In this document: piece by piece, positions 1-14,074 of the stretch
Layout of the letters: each line of letters opens with the position of its first letter
Numbering within the stretch: position 1 is the first letter of the stretch
Assembly: GCA_963842255.1 (NCBI GenBank)
Contig: CAWJGI010000034.1
Location: forward strand, 16,601 to 80,600
Source of the DNA: an uncultured Acidobacteriota bacterium
Lineage (GTDB): Bacteria; Acidobacteriota; Terriglobia; Acidiferrales; UBA7541
Reading direction: 5' to 3'
Length of the DNA stretch: 64,000 nucleotides
Program-made: the position numbers and the translations under genes
The notes under the pieces: model-generated
Told to the model about the DNA's origin: nothing
The model's database searches: none
What the model saw: the letters and a program-made list of their open reading frames with translations, nothing else

Positions 1-691
1 GATCAATGGAAGAAAGAAACCGGCGAAGCCGCTGCCAAGCTGGTCGAACCGGCATGGTCGTCGGCCTTGGCACCGGATCGACGGCAACATTCGCCGTGAC
101 GGCTCTCGGACGCAGGGTCGCGAAGAGGGTTTGCGCATCGTCGGAATTCCAACTTCGGAGCGCACGGCTGAACTGGCGCGCGCCGTGAAAATTCCGCTCA
201 CTACGTTCGCGGACCACACGCAGATTGACTTGACCATCGACGGCGCCGACGAAGTTCTCCCCGGGCCTCTGTACCTGATCAAAGGGCACGGCGGGGCGCT
301 GCTGAGGGAAAAGATTGTGGCTGCGGCGAGCAAACGAATGATCGTGGTGGCCGACGATACGAAGCTGGTGAAGCGTCTCGGAGAATTGGTCTCCGTTCCG
401 GTCGAAGTAGTGCCTTTTGGATGGCAAGTGACCGCACGAAGACTGGCCGAGCTCGGCGGAAATCCCACGATGCGACTCGACGCGGCGCACGAGCCTTATG
501 TCACCGACGGAGGCCATTACATTCTGAACTGTGCGTTCGGGCCGATGAAAGATCCCAAGGAAATCGCGCATCATCTCGACCACGTAGTGGGACTCGTCGA
601 GCATGGATTATTTCTGAAGTTCGCTTCGGAGGCGCTAATGGCCGGGCGCAACGGAGTGAGGGTCTTGAAAAAGGAAGTGGCTGCCCCGTGA
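1..691 (+). pseudogene. rpiA: ribose-5-phosphate isomerase A; 5' end cut by the window edge; two apparent frameshifts in the first ~125 nt as sequenced
   Basis: ORF 131..691 carries the RpiA core (DGADEV, KGHGGALLREK). The GLGTGST phosphate loop (GMVVGLGTGSTATFAVTALGRRV) lies in frame 3 (nt ~51-120). The preceding WKKETGEAAAKLVEP lies in frame 1 (nt 1-50). The frame switches sit at G runs near nt 50-52 and 120-122. Confidence 0.85.
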
Positions 692-790
692 TAGTGCTGG
701 CTTAGTTCTTGGAAACGCAGCCTTGCGGATAGACGGCGTCGAGCGCGCCCCAAAGCGCTTTAAGGCTTCGTTCGGCGGCGCAAAGCACGC

Positions 791-1404
791 TTACCGTATC
801 CACATTCTTCTGATCGTGAGCCATTCGCGCCAGGCAGCGCGGTGTCGTACGTCCGCTTCTTCGTGGACTGCAAAATAAGCCAGTGCACGCGGCTCGGTGA
901 TGTCATAAAAGCGGCGCAGACCGTCAATCTTTTGACTGGCGATTTCTGGAACTTGCGCCTCGTAAACGTAGAAAGCGGCGACGGCCTGGGTCATCGATCC
1001 CTGCGCGGCTACTTCATCAAACGTGTCCAGCAGCGCGGCAATGCCCGGCACGGGCTGCGTGGCTTCCAGCGATTCGTCGGTTACGCCGAGCGTCCCCTGC
1101 GAACTGCCGCCAAAGCTGCGGGTGCGGCGCCGACGCGTCCAGCTCTTCGTCGAGATTTTCTTGCACGATGGATTTCAGGTTGCCGTCGCCATTGGTGCGG
1201 CCGGCGAAGTGCTTCAGGTTTTCCGGGAACGCTCGGACGTGTTGGTAGTACTGCTCGGCGTACAAGTCCCAGCTGCTGCTTCGAAAGCTTCCCTTCCGTC
1301 CACGCCTGGTAAAACGGGTGCTTGAGCAGATGGTGCTTCTCAACCAGTGCATCAAGCGATTCGAGCAGGGTCTTAGGACCGCTAGGCTTTTTTGGACATT
1401 CCAT
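791..1404 (-). pseudogene. PqqC/CADD-like iron-containing redox enzyme (heme-oxygenase-like fold); two frameshifts as sequenced
   Basis: Three overlapping minus ORFs join into one protein: MECPKK..HHLLKHPFYQAWTEGKLSKQQL / WDLYAEQYYQHVRAFPENLKHFAG..HPQLWRQFA / GTLGVTDESLEATQPVPGIAALLD..HEEADVRHRAAW. The shifts lie near 1268 and at the CCCC run 1094-1097. Confidence 0.7.
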
Positions 1405-1479
1405 GTTCCTGAATGTTTCGGCGTGTAATAGCGAGGCAAAACCACGGCATACTAGCGGAATTCGCCGTGAAAATCCAGT

Positions 1480-1887
1480 TCTGTGCATCCGCCGACTCCA
1501 ATGCGTTAACCCGGGCTGGGAATCCCGAGATCTGGGACAGATTTTGCGGGAGAGCCCTACTGTGCTTCCCGATGACGCGGTACGCTAAAGCTAAGCCCTT
1601 GAGGTGATTCCGATAAACAGAGTGGCGCCCGCCTTCGCATAACAACTCTCAGCCATGGTCCAGGAGCTGACCCAACCAGGTCGCGCCGCTTCCTCTTCGA
1701 AAGCGATGCGCACGGCGATCAACTCACGCTTCGCTTCTTGGGAGCGTCCCTTGAGCGCGATTGATCGGTTGGATTGCAAAATCAGCTGGATCGCTTCTTT
1801 CGAATTTCGCCTCAGCCAGGGTAGCGTGCGCCCCTTTTTCTCGATGATGGCAGTGAACTCGCAATCCATAGTCTTGATTGGAATCAT
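1480..1887 (-). pseudogene. possible decayed HicB/HicA-like toxin-antitoxin remnant (very tentative)
   Basis: MDCEFTAIIEKKG...KEAIQLILQ is HicB-like at both ends but lacks the central segment. Downstream pieces, split over two frames, loosely fit HicA motifs: KRELIAV...PGW... / GGRHSVYRNH...VIGKHSRALPQNLSQISG. Confidence 0.2.
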
Positions 1888-1914
1888 GATAGCAATTCTT
1901 CCGTGTGCGGTGTT

Positions 1915-3105
1915 TCATGATCGGCTCTTGGTCCTCCCTCTCGGCCGCTCAATGTCGAGCTGAATTGCGTCGTCGCCTATCTCCTCTCGAGTTGGCGACA
2001 GCAACTCCGGAACACCGGTCAGCATCCCCTCACCGCGACTGTAGGCCAGATCGAACTGAAGTATTTCGAGCAAATTCTCGGTAAATTCTTCACCCCAAGC
2101 GTGCTCGACGTCGAGCGCGACTGCATATGCAGTGTATTTCTCGAGAGTCTGCGGCGTCAGTCCCGGTTCATTCTCGCGGTTTAATCGGTCTGCATCGGCG
2201 CGAGCCAAAAATTCGCGAAATCCATCCAGCTTCGCAAGTGCTGCGCGCCCAGTGCTCGTGGGCGCTTCCAGAAGAGTCCTGAACACAATAATTGACGCGG
2301 AAAGGCCAGTCAGCAGAACGGCCAATCTTATGGAAGTAAGCGCCGCGAGAAAGCCAAACGCTAATAGCGACGACGCGGTGAAAATGATCGGCGGAATATC
2401 GGCCGCGTCAAGTCCGCGCCGGGGCCGGCCATCTCGCCGAAAAATCGAAGCAAGTTTCGAAACAGTGGGCGGCCACGATCGAACCGCGGCCGCGAAGCTC
2501 GAGACGCCAAGCGCAATAAAGAAGCCCAGGAACAATACCGAACCAAGCGATGCCATTTCACTGAAGATCCGGACAGAATGAAATAGATACGCGACCGCGG
2601 CTACGGCATAGACGATTCCGCTGAACCAGACGAAGGAGTGCGCGGACATTAACTCGGGTTCGGCAATCCCCTCCATGCTTTTGATGAATTTCTTGTACGT
2701 TTGCGCCAGCCGAGAACATTCGCGCGAATTGAACTTGTAAGTATGAATGCCGGCTGGATAAAAGAGCGTCGCGAGAATCGTCGATTCCTCCGGGGGCAAG
2801 GAGCAGTCGGCCTGGCGCAGTCTTTCCAGAGTGAACCAGTCCTTAATTTGCTGAATTCGCAGGTAGCCTTTTGACGCGAGAGATACCAGCGCAGCGGCAA
2901 AAGCCGTCTCGCAGTCTCCATTTCCATGCAGGTAACCAGCCAGCGCCGGTGAAATTCCGTCGGGCGGATCGTATCGCGTAACCGTCGGGGTTCTTGGTCT
3001 CCAGCGCAGAAGAATTACCGTAGCGGCATAGAAGATCGCCAGCATGGCGATGCCTATCCAATCGATTGGATACAGGTGATCGACAGAGGCAGAGGGGGTC
3101 TGCAT
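1915..3105 (-). CDS. multi-pass membrane protein, DUF2207-like
   Basis: 396-aa ORF with several hydrophobic spans. The motif YDPPDGISPALAGYL resembles the conserved DUF2207 segment. Confidence 0.55.
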   Translation of the reverse strand: MQTPSASVDHLYPIDWIGIAMLAIFYAATVILLRWRPRTPTVTRYDPPDGISPALAGYLHGNGDCETAFAAALVSLASKGYLRIQQIKDWFTLERLRQADCSLPPEESTILATLFYPAGIHTYKFNSRECSRLAQTYKKFIKSMEGIAEPELMSAHSFVWFSGIVYAVAAVAYLFHSVRIFSEMASLGSVLFLGFFIALGVSSFAAAVRSWPPTVSKLASIFRRDGRPRRGLDAADIPPIIFTASSLLAFGFLAALTSIRLAVLLTGLSASIIVFRTLLEAPTSTGRAALAKLDGFREFLARADADRLNRENEPGLTPQTLEKYTAYAVALDVEHAWGEEFTENLLEILQFDLAYSRGEGMLTGVPELLSPTREEIGDDAIQLDIERPRGRTKSRS

Positions 3106-3237
3106 GGAAAGCTTGCTTCATTGTCCCATTTACTTTACCGCCGCGCACGATGGTCCAAATGGGGTTGTTCTTAACTTAAATGGGGCGCAACATCCCTCAA
3201 CTCGATGTGCTCTTGGCTGACAACTAGCGCAGGGGGC

Positions 3238-4807
3238 TTATAGAGGGATGTTGCCGTGTTTTTTGCGAGGGTTGGTGTCGCGCTTATTTTCCAGCGAGCG
3301 CAGCGCGGTGATCAGTTTGGCACGGGTTTGGGCCGGCTCGATTACGGCATCGATGTAACCCTTTTCGGCGGCCACATAAGGATTAGCGAAACGCTCGCGG
3401 AAATCCTCGATTTTCTCGCGGCGAATGTTTTCGCGCTCGGCTTCAGGCGCGCGATCGATGTCGCGTTTGTAGACGATGTTCACGGCGCCCTCCGGACCCA
3501 TCACCGCAATCTCCGCGGTGGGCCAGGCGAAATTCATGTCCGTGCGGATGTGTTTGGACGCCATCACGCAATAGGCGCCCCCATAAGCCTTGCGCGTGAT
3601 CACTGTGATTTTAGGCACGGTGGCTTCGGCGAATGCGTAAAGCAGCTTCGCACCGTGCTTGATGATCCCAGCAAATTCCTGCTGCGTACCGGGCAGGAAC
3701 CCCGGCACATCTTCGAATGTGATCAGCGGAATATTAAACGCGTCGCAGAACCGCACGAAGCGGGCACCTTTCACTGAGGCATTGATATCCAGTACGCCCG
3801 CGAGAAAGGCGGGCTGATTAGCCACGATACCGACCGAGCGGCCATCGAGCCGCGCGAAACCCACCACGATATTCTTTCGCGTAGTGCTCATGAACTTCAA
3901 AAAATTCTGAGTCATCGGCAAGAGCGTGTATCACATCCTTGATGTCATAAGGCTGTTGCGGATTCTCGGGGACGAGCGCATTTAGCGCAGGTGTCGCGCG
4001 GTCCCACGAATCGTTCGATGTTTTGCGCGGAGGATCGTCCAGATTGTTCGAGGGAAGATAACTGAAAAGTTCGCGGATCATTGCCAGGCATTCCGCATCG
4101 TCGCGCGAAACGAAATGCGCAACGCCGCTGGTGACGTTGTGGGTCATCGCGCCGCCGAGCTCCTGCTTAGTGACTTCCTCGTGGGTGACCGTTTTGATCA
4201 CCTCCGGGCCGGTGACGAACATATAAGACGTGTCGCGCGTCATAAAAATAAAATCGGTTATCGCCGGAGAATAAACCGCGCCGCCCGCGCAGGGTCCCAT
4301 GACCGCGCTGATCTGGGGAATGACGCCGCTAGCCAAAGTATTGCGCAAAAAGATTTCGGCGTAGCCCGCAAGCGATTTCACTCCTTCCTGGATTCGCGCG
4401 CCGCCGGAATCGTTCAGTCCAATTACGGGTGCGCCGGCGCGCATCGCAAGATCCATGATTTTTGTGATTTTCGCGGCGTTGGCTTCCGAGAGCGAGCCGC
4501 CAAACACGGTGAAATCCTGCGCGAAGACGTACACCAGCCGTCCGCTGATGCGGCCGTAACCGGTGATGAATCCATCTCCGGGCGGCCGCTGCGTTTCCAT
4601 GCCGAAATCATGCGACTGATGGCGAACGAATTTATCGAGCTCTTCGAAAGAACCTTCATCGAGCAGCAGATCGATGCGTTCCCGAGCGCTGAGCTTGCCT
4701 TGCTGGTGTCCACGCTCGCGGCGCTCCGCTCCGCCGCCAGCTTCGGCTTCGCGATCAAGCTTGCGCAGTTCTTCCAGGCGATGGTGGTGTTTACGATGGG
4801 TGGTCAT
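3238..4807 (-). pseudogene. acyl-CoA (propionyl/methylmalonyl-CoA) carboxylase carboxyltransferase beta subunit; one frameshift as sequenced
   Basis: The N-terminal ORF (3818..4852, start MTTHRK at 4807) and C-terminal ORF (3238..3921) are both carboxyltransferase-like ([32 protein letters not shown]). They join as ..EVHEHYAK|[11 protein letters not shown] at the TTT/AAA run 3875-3877. Confidence 0.85.
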
Positions 4808-4976
4808 CGTGGACCGACGGTGGCGGCGCACTCGGAAATCGCAGCGATGCAAAGAAATTGCGGCTGAAGGAAGCCTCTAAAAATCGTGCGCTTGCGGTTG
4901 ATCATCCAGACAAACTATAGCGAAAGATCACAGTTAATCAAAGGCTGCGCTAGCAGGAAGAATGAACTTGCGCCGC

Positions 4977-6028
4977 TCAAGCCACTTCGGTTTCTGAATG
5001 ACGCGGCGCGGAACCCAGCTCAGCTGGCTCTTCCGTTTGATGGATCGGCAAGCTTCGATTCTTGGGCGTGGTGGTGATGGTAATCACGCTAATTAAAATC
5101 AGCAGCGCCCCAAGCAACATGCGCGGGCCAATCGGCTCTTTGCCAACCAAGTATCCCAGTGCGACAGCGACCACGGGGTTGACGTAGGCGTACGTTCCAA
5201 CTTTCGTCGGCGATTCGTAATGCAACAGCCAAATGTAAGCGGTAAATCCAGCGATCGACCCGGCAACGATCAGATATGCCAGTGAAAACCACGCAGTTCG
5301 CGAAACAGCTTGCACCTGAAATCCAGAAAATTCACCGGTGATTCCCGCGAGAACGAACAGCTGAAGCCCTCCCAAGAGCATTTGGGTTGCAGCGCTCATC
5401 GGTTTCGATGCCGGAAGCGGGAGGCGGCGCGTGAGAATCGTAGCCACCGACCAAGTGAACGAAGCGAGCAGCAGTGCAAGGGCACCGGCGCGATTGACGG
5501 GAGCTTCGGCTAATGAAAATGAGTGATTCATCAGGACGGCGACGCCACAAAGCCCGACGATCAGGGCCGCGCTCAGCCGTAACGTCAGGCGCTGCGTGTG
5601 CAAGAAGATTATTTCCAGCAGCGTGATAAACACCGGTATGGTCGCCAGCACCACCGCGGCAATTCCGGAGGGCACACGCTGCTCGGGCCCAGAACAAGGA
5701 GCCGTAATCGAGCAAGAAGATTAATGCGCCGAGAAACGTTGCCGCCAGCCACTCGCCGAGCCGCGGAGTTGGCGTGCCACCTATCCGCAGCCAGGCGTAC
5801 ATGATAATTCCCGCGATTGTGAAGCGCAGCCCGGCCATCAGGAATGGCGGGCATTTCGCGAACGCCGACTCGAATCGCCAGAAACGTGGAACCCCAAACG
5901 AAGTAAATGACGGCGAAGGCGAGAAGTATTTTCCACGAAGGTGGACGCGGGGTCGCCAACTCCGAAGTCTCCTGGTGACAAAGTGAAGCGCCTGCTGCTC
6001 GGTTCAAGATTACACGGCTTCGATTCAA
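4977..6028 (-). pseudogene. EamA/DMT family transporter; two frameshifts as sequenced
   Basis: Three ORF pieces make a 10-TM DMT protein: KILLAFAVIYFVWGSTFLAIRVGVREMP / LMAGLRFTIAGIIMYAWL..SLFWA / EQRVPSGIAAVVLATIPVF... The shifts lie near 5841 and 5688. Confidence 0.75.
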
Positions 6029-6209
6029 GATGTGACACGTTTAATTGCCAAGTCACAACGGCCAAATTGGCTACAGTCCTCGTTCATCACGCTGATCATG
6101 CCTCGCCTTCATAAAAAATCGCGCTAGAATGCGTCTGCTGAAACCGGCGCGGGGCCGATCTGTAAGGGCAAAGACGACACCGCGGCGCCCATACATTGGA
6201 GGATCAAAG

Positions 6210-8104
<1,895 letters not shown>

Positions 8105-8170
8105 GACAAACCCGAGCAGTTGTTGGGCGCGGTTGCGGGCGGAGCAGCATCTTTGGCGAACGAGCTTGCG

Positions 8171-8195
8171 GCTTGCCGACCCCGGCAAGTTTTTC
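8171..8195 (+). terminator. intrinsic terminator downstream of tgt
   Basis: The stem is CTTGCCG / CGGCAAG (7 bp) with loop ACCC, followed by TTTTT. Confidence 0.6.
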
Positions 8196-8256
8196 CGTCC
8201 TGGCGGGTTTCACCCTTCCAAGCCTTGGCGGGCGAGGGAGCAGAGGCGCAACGATC

Positions 8257-8589
8257 GTGACAATTTGCTGTTTGATTTCGGCGAACCTGGGCCTCCTGCT
8301 GCAAGGTCAGCAGCCCGGCGGTTTCGCGCTGTTTCTGCCGCTGATTCTGATCATGGTAATTTTTTATTTCCTGATGATTCTGCCCGCACAGCGCCGCCAG
8401 AAGAAAGTCACGGAGATGCTGAAGGCCTTGAAAAACGGCGATAAAGTGATCACCAACGGCGGAATTTATGGGACCATCGTCGGCCTCGAAGACGACACGG
8501 TTCAGTTGCGTATTGCCGAGCAGGTGAAGATGAAAGTTTCGCGCAGCGCCATCGCCGGAATGCAGGCCGAACCACCGAAGGAGAGTTAG
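8257..8589 (+). CDS. yajC: preprotein translocase subunit YajC
   Basis: Contains FLPLILIMVIFYFLMILPAQRRQKK...GDKVITNGGIYGTIV. The track ORF start at 8173 overlaps the tgt terminator, so the GTG at 8257 (AGAGG 10 nt upstream) is preferred. The exact start is uncertain. Confidence 0.8.
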   Translation: MTICCLISANLGLLLQGQQPGGFALFLPLILIMVIFYFLMILPAQRRQKKVTEMLKALKNGDKVITNGGIYGTIVGLEDDTVQLRIAEQVKMKVSRSAIAGMQAEPPKES

Positions 8590-8598
8590 CTAGCTCGC

Positions 8599-10212
<1,614 letters not shown>

Positions 10213-10274
10213 GTGTAGAACCAGGGAACAAATGCGGGCACCGTGGTGTCAGATAAAGGTGGATAGGTATCTGA

Positions 10275-11504
10275 ATGGAATTTTTTAAGAACGTCAATGT
10301 CGATTGGATGGGAAAGGCGAAATATTTCGCGGCCTTGTCCCTGATCCTGCTGGTTGTGGGTTGGGCCTCGATCTTAAAGAACCATGGCCTGCGCTACGGA
10401 ATTGATTTCCGCGGCGGGACGTTGGTTTATGTGCGATTCGCCGGCCCGGCACCGCTTGACCGAATTCGCAAGGGGCTGGCCTCGGCGGGCCTGGCCGACA
10501 GCACCATTCAGACGATCAGCGATACGGTTTTGAATAATGGCGGCCAGAACGATGTGGTCATTGGTCTCGAACGAGGTGGTCAGGACGAAGACTCACTTGA
10601 TTCCGGCAAGCAGGCGATCCTGGACGTGCTGCACAAGAGTTTCGGTACCGCCGATGCCTCCGGCAAAGTCGATTTCAATTCGGCCACCAAAGAAGCCGTC
10701 GCTACTTATCTGACTCAGAAGGATCCGTTGTCACTCGGCACCAATGCCGGAGACCGTTATAACCAGCTCGCGCAGCGCTTACTCGATGCGCGCGATCGCG
10801 ACCATGGCGGCATCGTAACCAACTTCGACCAGCTGAAAAATGTCGATGGCGTGACTCTCCCAGTGATCGCGGCGCTAACCAGCGGTTTTGCTCTCGGTGA
10901 TTTCACCATTCGCAATGTCGAAGTCGTCGGTCCGAAAGTCGGCGCGCAACTGCGGCGCCAGGCGATTCTGGCAACTCTGTATGCCTTGGCGGGAATGCTG
11001 GTTTATATCGCGATTCGATTTGAGTGGGTATATGGCGCTGCGGCCGTAATCGCCGTCTTTCATGACGTGCTTATCACTCTCGGTTTTTTCTCGCTCTTCC
11101 ATTTTGAAATCTCCTTGACGGTCATTGCCGCGCTCCTCACGCTGGTCGGTTATTCGATGAACGACACCATCGTAATCTTCGATCGCGTTCGCGAAGACCT
11201 TCGCATCATGCGCAGGGAACCATTTCCAAACGTGGTCAATAAGGCTATTAACCAAACCCTTTCTCGTACCATTCTTACCAGCGGACTGACTTTCCTGACG
11301 GTTCTGGTACTCTTCCTGATGGGTGGGGAAGTTCTTCGTGCGTTCTCTTTTGCTATGGTGGTGGGAGTTGTGGTAGGAACATACTCCAGTTTCGGTATTG
11401 CAGCGCCCATCGTGGTGCTTTGGAATAAATATCGCGGTCAGGGAACTGCCGTTCGCGCCGGATCCGCAGCCGATAAGCGCGTGGTGGCAGCGGCGAGGAG
11501 GTAG
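10275..11504 (+). CDS. secF: protein translocase subunit SecF
   Basis: 409 aa. Contains YGIDFRGGT and a C-terminal SecF TM block (GYSMNDTIVIFDRVRE). It lies directly after secD. Confidence 0.95.
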   Translation: MEFFKNVNVDWMGKAKYFAALSLILLVVGWASILKNHGLRYGIDFRGGTLVYVRFAGPAPLDRIRKGLASAGLADSTIQTISDTVLNNGGQNDVVIGLERGGQDEDSLDSGKQAILDVLHKSFGTADASGKVDFNSATKEAVATYLTQKDPLSLGTNAGDRYNQLAQRLLDARDRDHGGIVTNFDQLKNVDGVTLPVIAALTSGFALGDFTIRNVEVVGPKVGAQLRRQAILATLYALAGMLVYIAIRFEWVYGAAAVIAVFHDVLITLGFFSLFHFEISLTVIAALLTLVGYSMNDTIVIFDRVREDLRIMRREPFPNVVNKAINQTLSRTILTSGLTFLTVLVLFLMGGEVLRAFSFAMVVGVVVGTYSSFGIAAPIVVLWNKYRGQGTAVRAGSAADKRVVAAARR

Positions 11505-11509
11505 CTACC

Positions 11510-12250
11510 ATGTTTGATGATCTTGTTGTTTCCAGCCCTCACGTAAAGAAGACCAACAAGCCTTGGACCGTGGTGCTTTCCGCGATCATTCAGGCCGGTC
11601 TGCTGGGCATCTTGATTTTGATTCCGCTCATCTACACGGAAGCTTTGCCTAAAGCGATGCTGACGACCTTCCTGGTTCCCCCGCCCCCGCCGCCTCCTCC
11701 GCCTCCTCCGGCCGCGGCAGTGCAGCGGATCGTGAAGCCAGTGCAGCGTTTGCTGCACAACGGCCAGATGATGGCTCCGACCGTCATCCCCAAAAAAGTT
11801 CAGATGATTAAAGAAGAGGAACTGCCGCCGGACGTTGGCGCGGTTGGTGTCGTGGGCGGTGTGCCCGGTGGCGTTCCGGGCGGGCAAGCTGGCGGGGTGC
11901 TCGGCGGAATTATTGGCGGTGTGGGCTCGGCTCCCCCGCCCCCGCCAAAAGCGACTCCTTCACGCATTCGCGTCGGCGGTAACGTTGCTGCGGCAAAATT
12001 GGTTCGACAGGTAACTCCGGTTTATCCGGCCATCGCCAAGACCGCACACATTTCCGGCACTGTGATCTTGCACGCAATCATTTCCAAGGACGGCTCGATC
12101 GAGCAGCTGGAGTATGTCTCCGGCCCGCCATTGCTGATGAAGAACGCGATGGATGCGGTCCGTCAGTGGCGCTACAACCCCACCTTGCTCAACGGTGAGC
12201 CGGTGGAAGTGGACACCACAATTTCGGTTGTCTTTACTTTGGGTGGTTAA
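11510..12250 (+). CDS. tonB: energy transducer TonB
   Basis: Has an N-terminal anchor, a poly-Pro linker (PPPPPPPPPPP) and a C-terminal TonB domain (YPAIAKTAHISGTVILHAIISKDGSI..). Confidence 0.85.
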   Translation: MFDDLVVSSPHVKKTNKPWTVVLSAIIQAGLLGILILIPLIYTEALPKAMLTTFLVPPPPPPPPPPPAAAVQRIVKPVQRLLHNGQMMAPTVIPKKVQMIKEEELPPDVGAVGVVGGVPGGVPGGQAGGVLGGIIGGVGSAPPPPPKATPSRIRVGGNVAAAKLVRQVTPVYPAIAKTAHISGTVILHAIISKDGSIEQLEYVSGPPLLMKNAMDAVRQWRYNPTLLNGEPVEVDTTISVVFTLGG

Positions 12251-12358
12251 GCCGTAAATGGTTCAGGTCTCTTGCGGGGCCCGGGCTGATTCGAAATAAA
12301 ATCCGACCGGCAGAATATCGCTGCCGTGATCGTCTAGCAGGAACGGAGGAGCAAACTA

Positions 12359-13087
12359 ATGTTTTCGAATTTACTTCTAGCTGGCGTGGTGATGTTGCAG
12401 CAGCAAAGCGGCGAGGTCGGTTGGGATCTGGTCAGCATGTGGCACAACATGGGTGTGCCCGCGAAAGTGGTCGTCATCATTCTGTTTACGATGTCCGCGT
12501 GGTCGGTGGGCATCATGATCGACCGCGCCCTGATGTACAGTGCGGCGCGCAAGCAATCCCGCATTTTCGTTCAGCAGGTTGCGGGCGCTCTCAAGGACAA
12601 CAAGCTCGACGAGGCGATCTCCATTGCCGAGCGCAACAAGAAGAGCCACATCGCCAAGGTCGTGGCCACCGGACTTTCCGAGTTCCAGGCGGCCTCGGCG
12701 CAGGTCGGCGATGAAGAAGTGATCGAGGCGGCCAAGCGCGGCCTCGAGCGCTCCGTCGCGATCGTTCACGCCGAAATGAAGCGTGGCCTTTCGGGTCTTG
12801 CAACCATCGGATCGACGGCGCCTTTCGTCGGTCTGTTTGGCACTGTGATGGGCATCATCAACGCGTTCAAAGGAATTTCGGCATCTAAGGCCACCGGCCT
12901 GTCGGCGGTTGCTGGCGGTATCGCCGAAGCCTTGGTCACCACCGCGCTCGGCTTGCTCGTGGCCGTTCCCGCCGTGTGGACCTTCAACTATTTCACCAAT
13001 AAAGTAGAAGCCTTCGACGTCGAGATGGACAACTCCTCAATGGAGCTGATCAACTATTTCATCACCCGTCGCGGCGGGAAGAAGTAA
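12359..13087 (+). CDS. exbB: MotA/TolQ/ExbB proton-channel protein
   Basis: Contains TIGSTAPFVGLFGTVMGIINAF and GGIAEALVTTALGL. Confidence 0.9.
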   Translation: MFSNLLLAGVVMLQQQSGEVGWDLVSMWHNMGVPAKVVVIILFTMSAWSVGIMIDRALMYSAARKQSRIFVQQVAGALKDNKLDEAISIAERNKKSHIAKVVATGLSEFQAASAQVGDEEVIEAAKRGLERSVAIVHAEMKRGLSGLATIGSTAPFVGLFGTVMGIINAFKGISASKATGLSAVAGGIAEALVTTALGLLVAVPAVWTFNYFTNKVEAFDVEMDNSSMELINYFITRRGGKK

Positions 13088-13090
13088 ATC

Positions 13091-13543
13091 ATGGGATACA
13101 AGCCAAAAGCACCACCGGTAATGGCCGCGCCGAACGTGATCCCGATGGCGGACATCATGCTGGTGTTGCTTATCATTTTCATGGTGGTCACGCCCATGTT
13201 GCAGAAGGGCGTTTCGGTAGATATGGCCAAGGTGAATAACGCCCAGGACATGCAGGACGCCGATAAGGATGACGCCATCATTCTAGCCGTCACCCGCGAC
13301 GGCCAAATGTACCTGGGCAGCCAGCGCATACAGCTCGATGAGATCACGACCAAGGTGAAAGACCTGATTGCCAATCGCCTCGACAAGACGGTCTTTGTTC
13401 GTTCTGATGCGCGCGCTAAATACGGCGACGTGGTCAAGGCTGTCGACGAAGTTCGCTCTGCCGGCGTCGATAAGCTTGGCCTGCTGACTGAGAAGAACCG
13501 CGGCAACAAGCCAACCGCGCCTCCGCCTCCTCCCGCTGATTAG
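13091..13543 (+). CDS. exbD: ExbD/TolR biopolymer transport protein
   Basis: Contains NVIPMADIMLVLLIIFMV and a periplasmic ExbD fold with a Pro-rich tail. Confidence 0.9.
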   Translation: MGYKPKAPPVMAAPNVIPMADIMLVLLIIFMVVTPMLQKGVSVDMAKVNNAQDMQDADKDDAIILAVTRDGQMYLGSQRIQLDEITTKVKDLIANRLDKTVFVRSDARAKYGDVVKAVDEVRSAGVDKLGLLTEKNRGNKPTAPPPPPAD

Positions 13544-13597
13544 TGTTGGTGGCGCAGTATTGCAGCGATTTGATTTCAAGGTTTAAAGGAGTCCCCC

Positions 13598-14026
13598 ATG
13601 GGAATGGCAGTTGGTAGCAGTAAGGGATCAATCTCCGAACCGAACATCGTGCCCCTCATCGACGTGTTGCTGGTGCTGATCATCATCTTCATGGTCATTA
13701 CGCCCACGACTCCGCAGGGTCTTGATGCGCTCGTTCCACAGCCCACGCCTCCCAACCAGAAGGAAAATCAAGAGCTGTTGGACAAGACCATCGTGGTGCA
13801 GGTGACTTCCAACGGAAAAGTGATGATCAACCAGGATGATATCTCCTGGGATGACCTCGGCCCGCGTCTGGAAGACATCTTCAAGCAGCGCGCCGAGAAA
13901 GTTGCCTTCGTCAAGGGCGACGATAACGTTGAATTCGCAAACGTGGCTCGCGCCATTGATATCATGCGCGGTGCGGGCATCGACAGCGTCGGCCTTATAA
14001 CCGCGAAAATCGAAGCCGGCCAGTAG
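13598..14026 (+). CDS. exbD: ExbD/TolR biopolymer transport protein (second copy)
   Basis: Contains NIVPLIDVLLVLIIIFMV...VAFVKGDDNVEFANVARAIDIMRGAGI. Confidence 0.9.
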   Translation: MGMAVGSSKGSISEPNIVPLIDVLLVLIIIFMVITPTTPQGLDALVPQPTPPNQKENQELLDKTIVVQVTSNGKVMINQDDISWDDLGPRLEDIFKQRAEKVAFVKGDDNVEFANVARAIDIMRGAGIDSVGLITAKIEAGQ

Positions 14027-14074
14027 TTCAGACTCCTCGGGCCGGGACTCAGCTTTCATGAAGGAGAGCAAGGA

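Noticed and set aside
12377-12769. I noticed long antisense or overlapping ORFs throughout the window. Examples are 12377..12769, 13054..13509, 14279..14929, 20521..20967, 21175..21822, 23331..24185, 34929..35501, 40670..41203, 45083..45736, 57573..58343 and 60371..61234.
   Set aside because: They are typical high-GC shadow frames opposite or out of frame with well-supported genes. Their composition is Arg/Ala/Pro/Gly-rich, and they have no family signatures.
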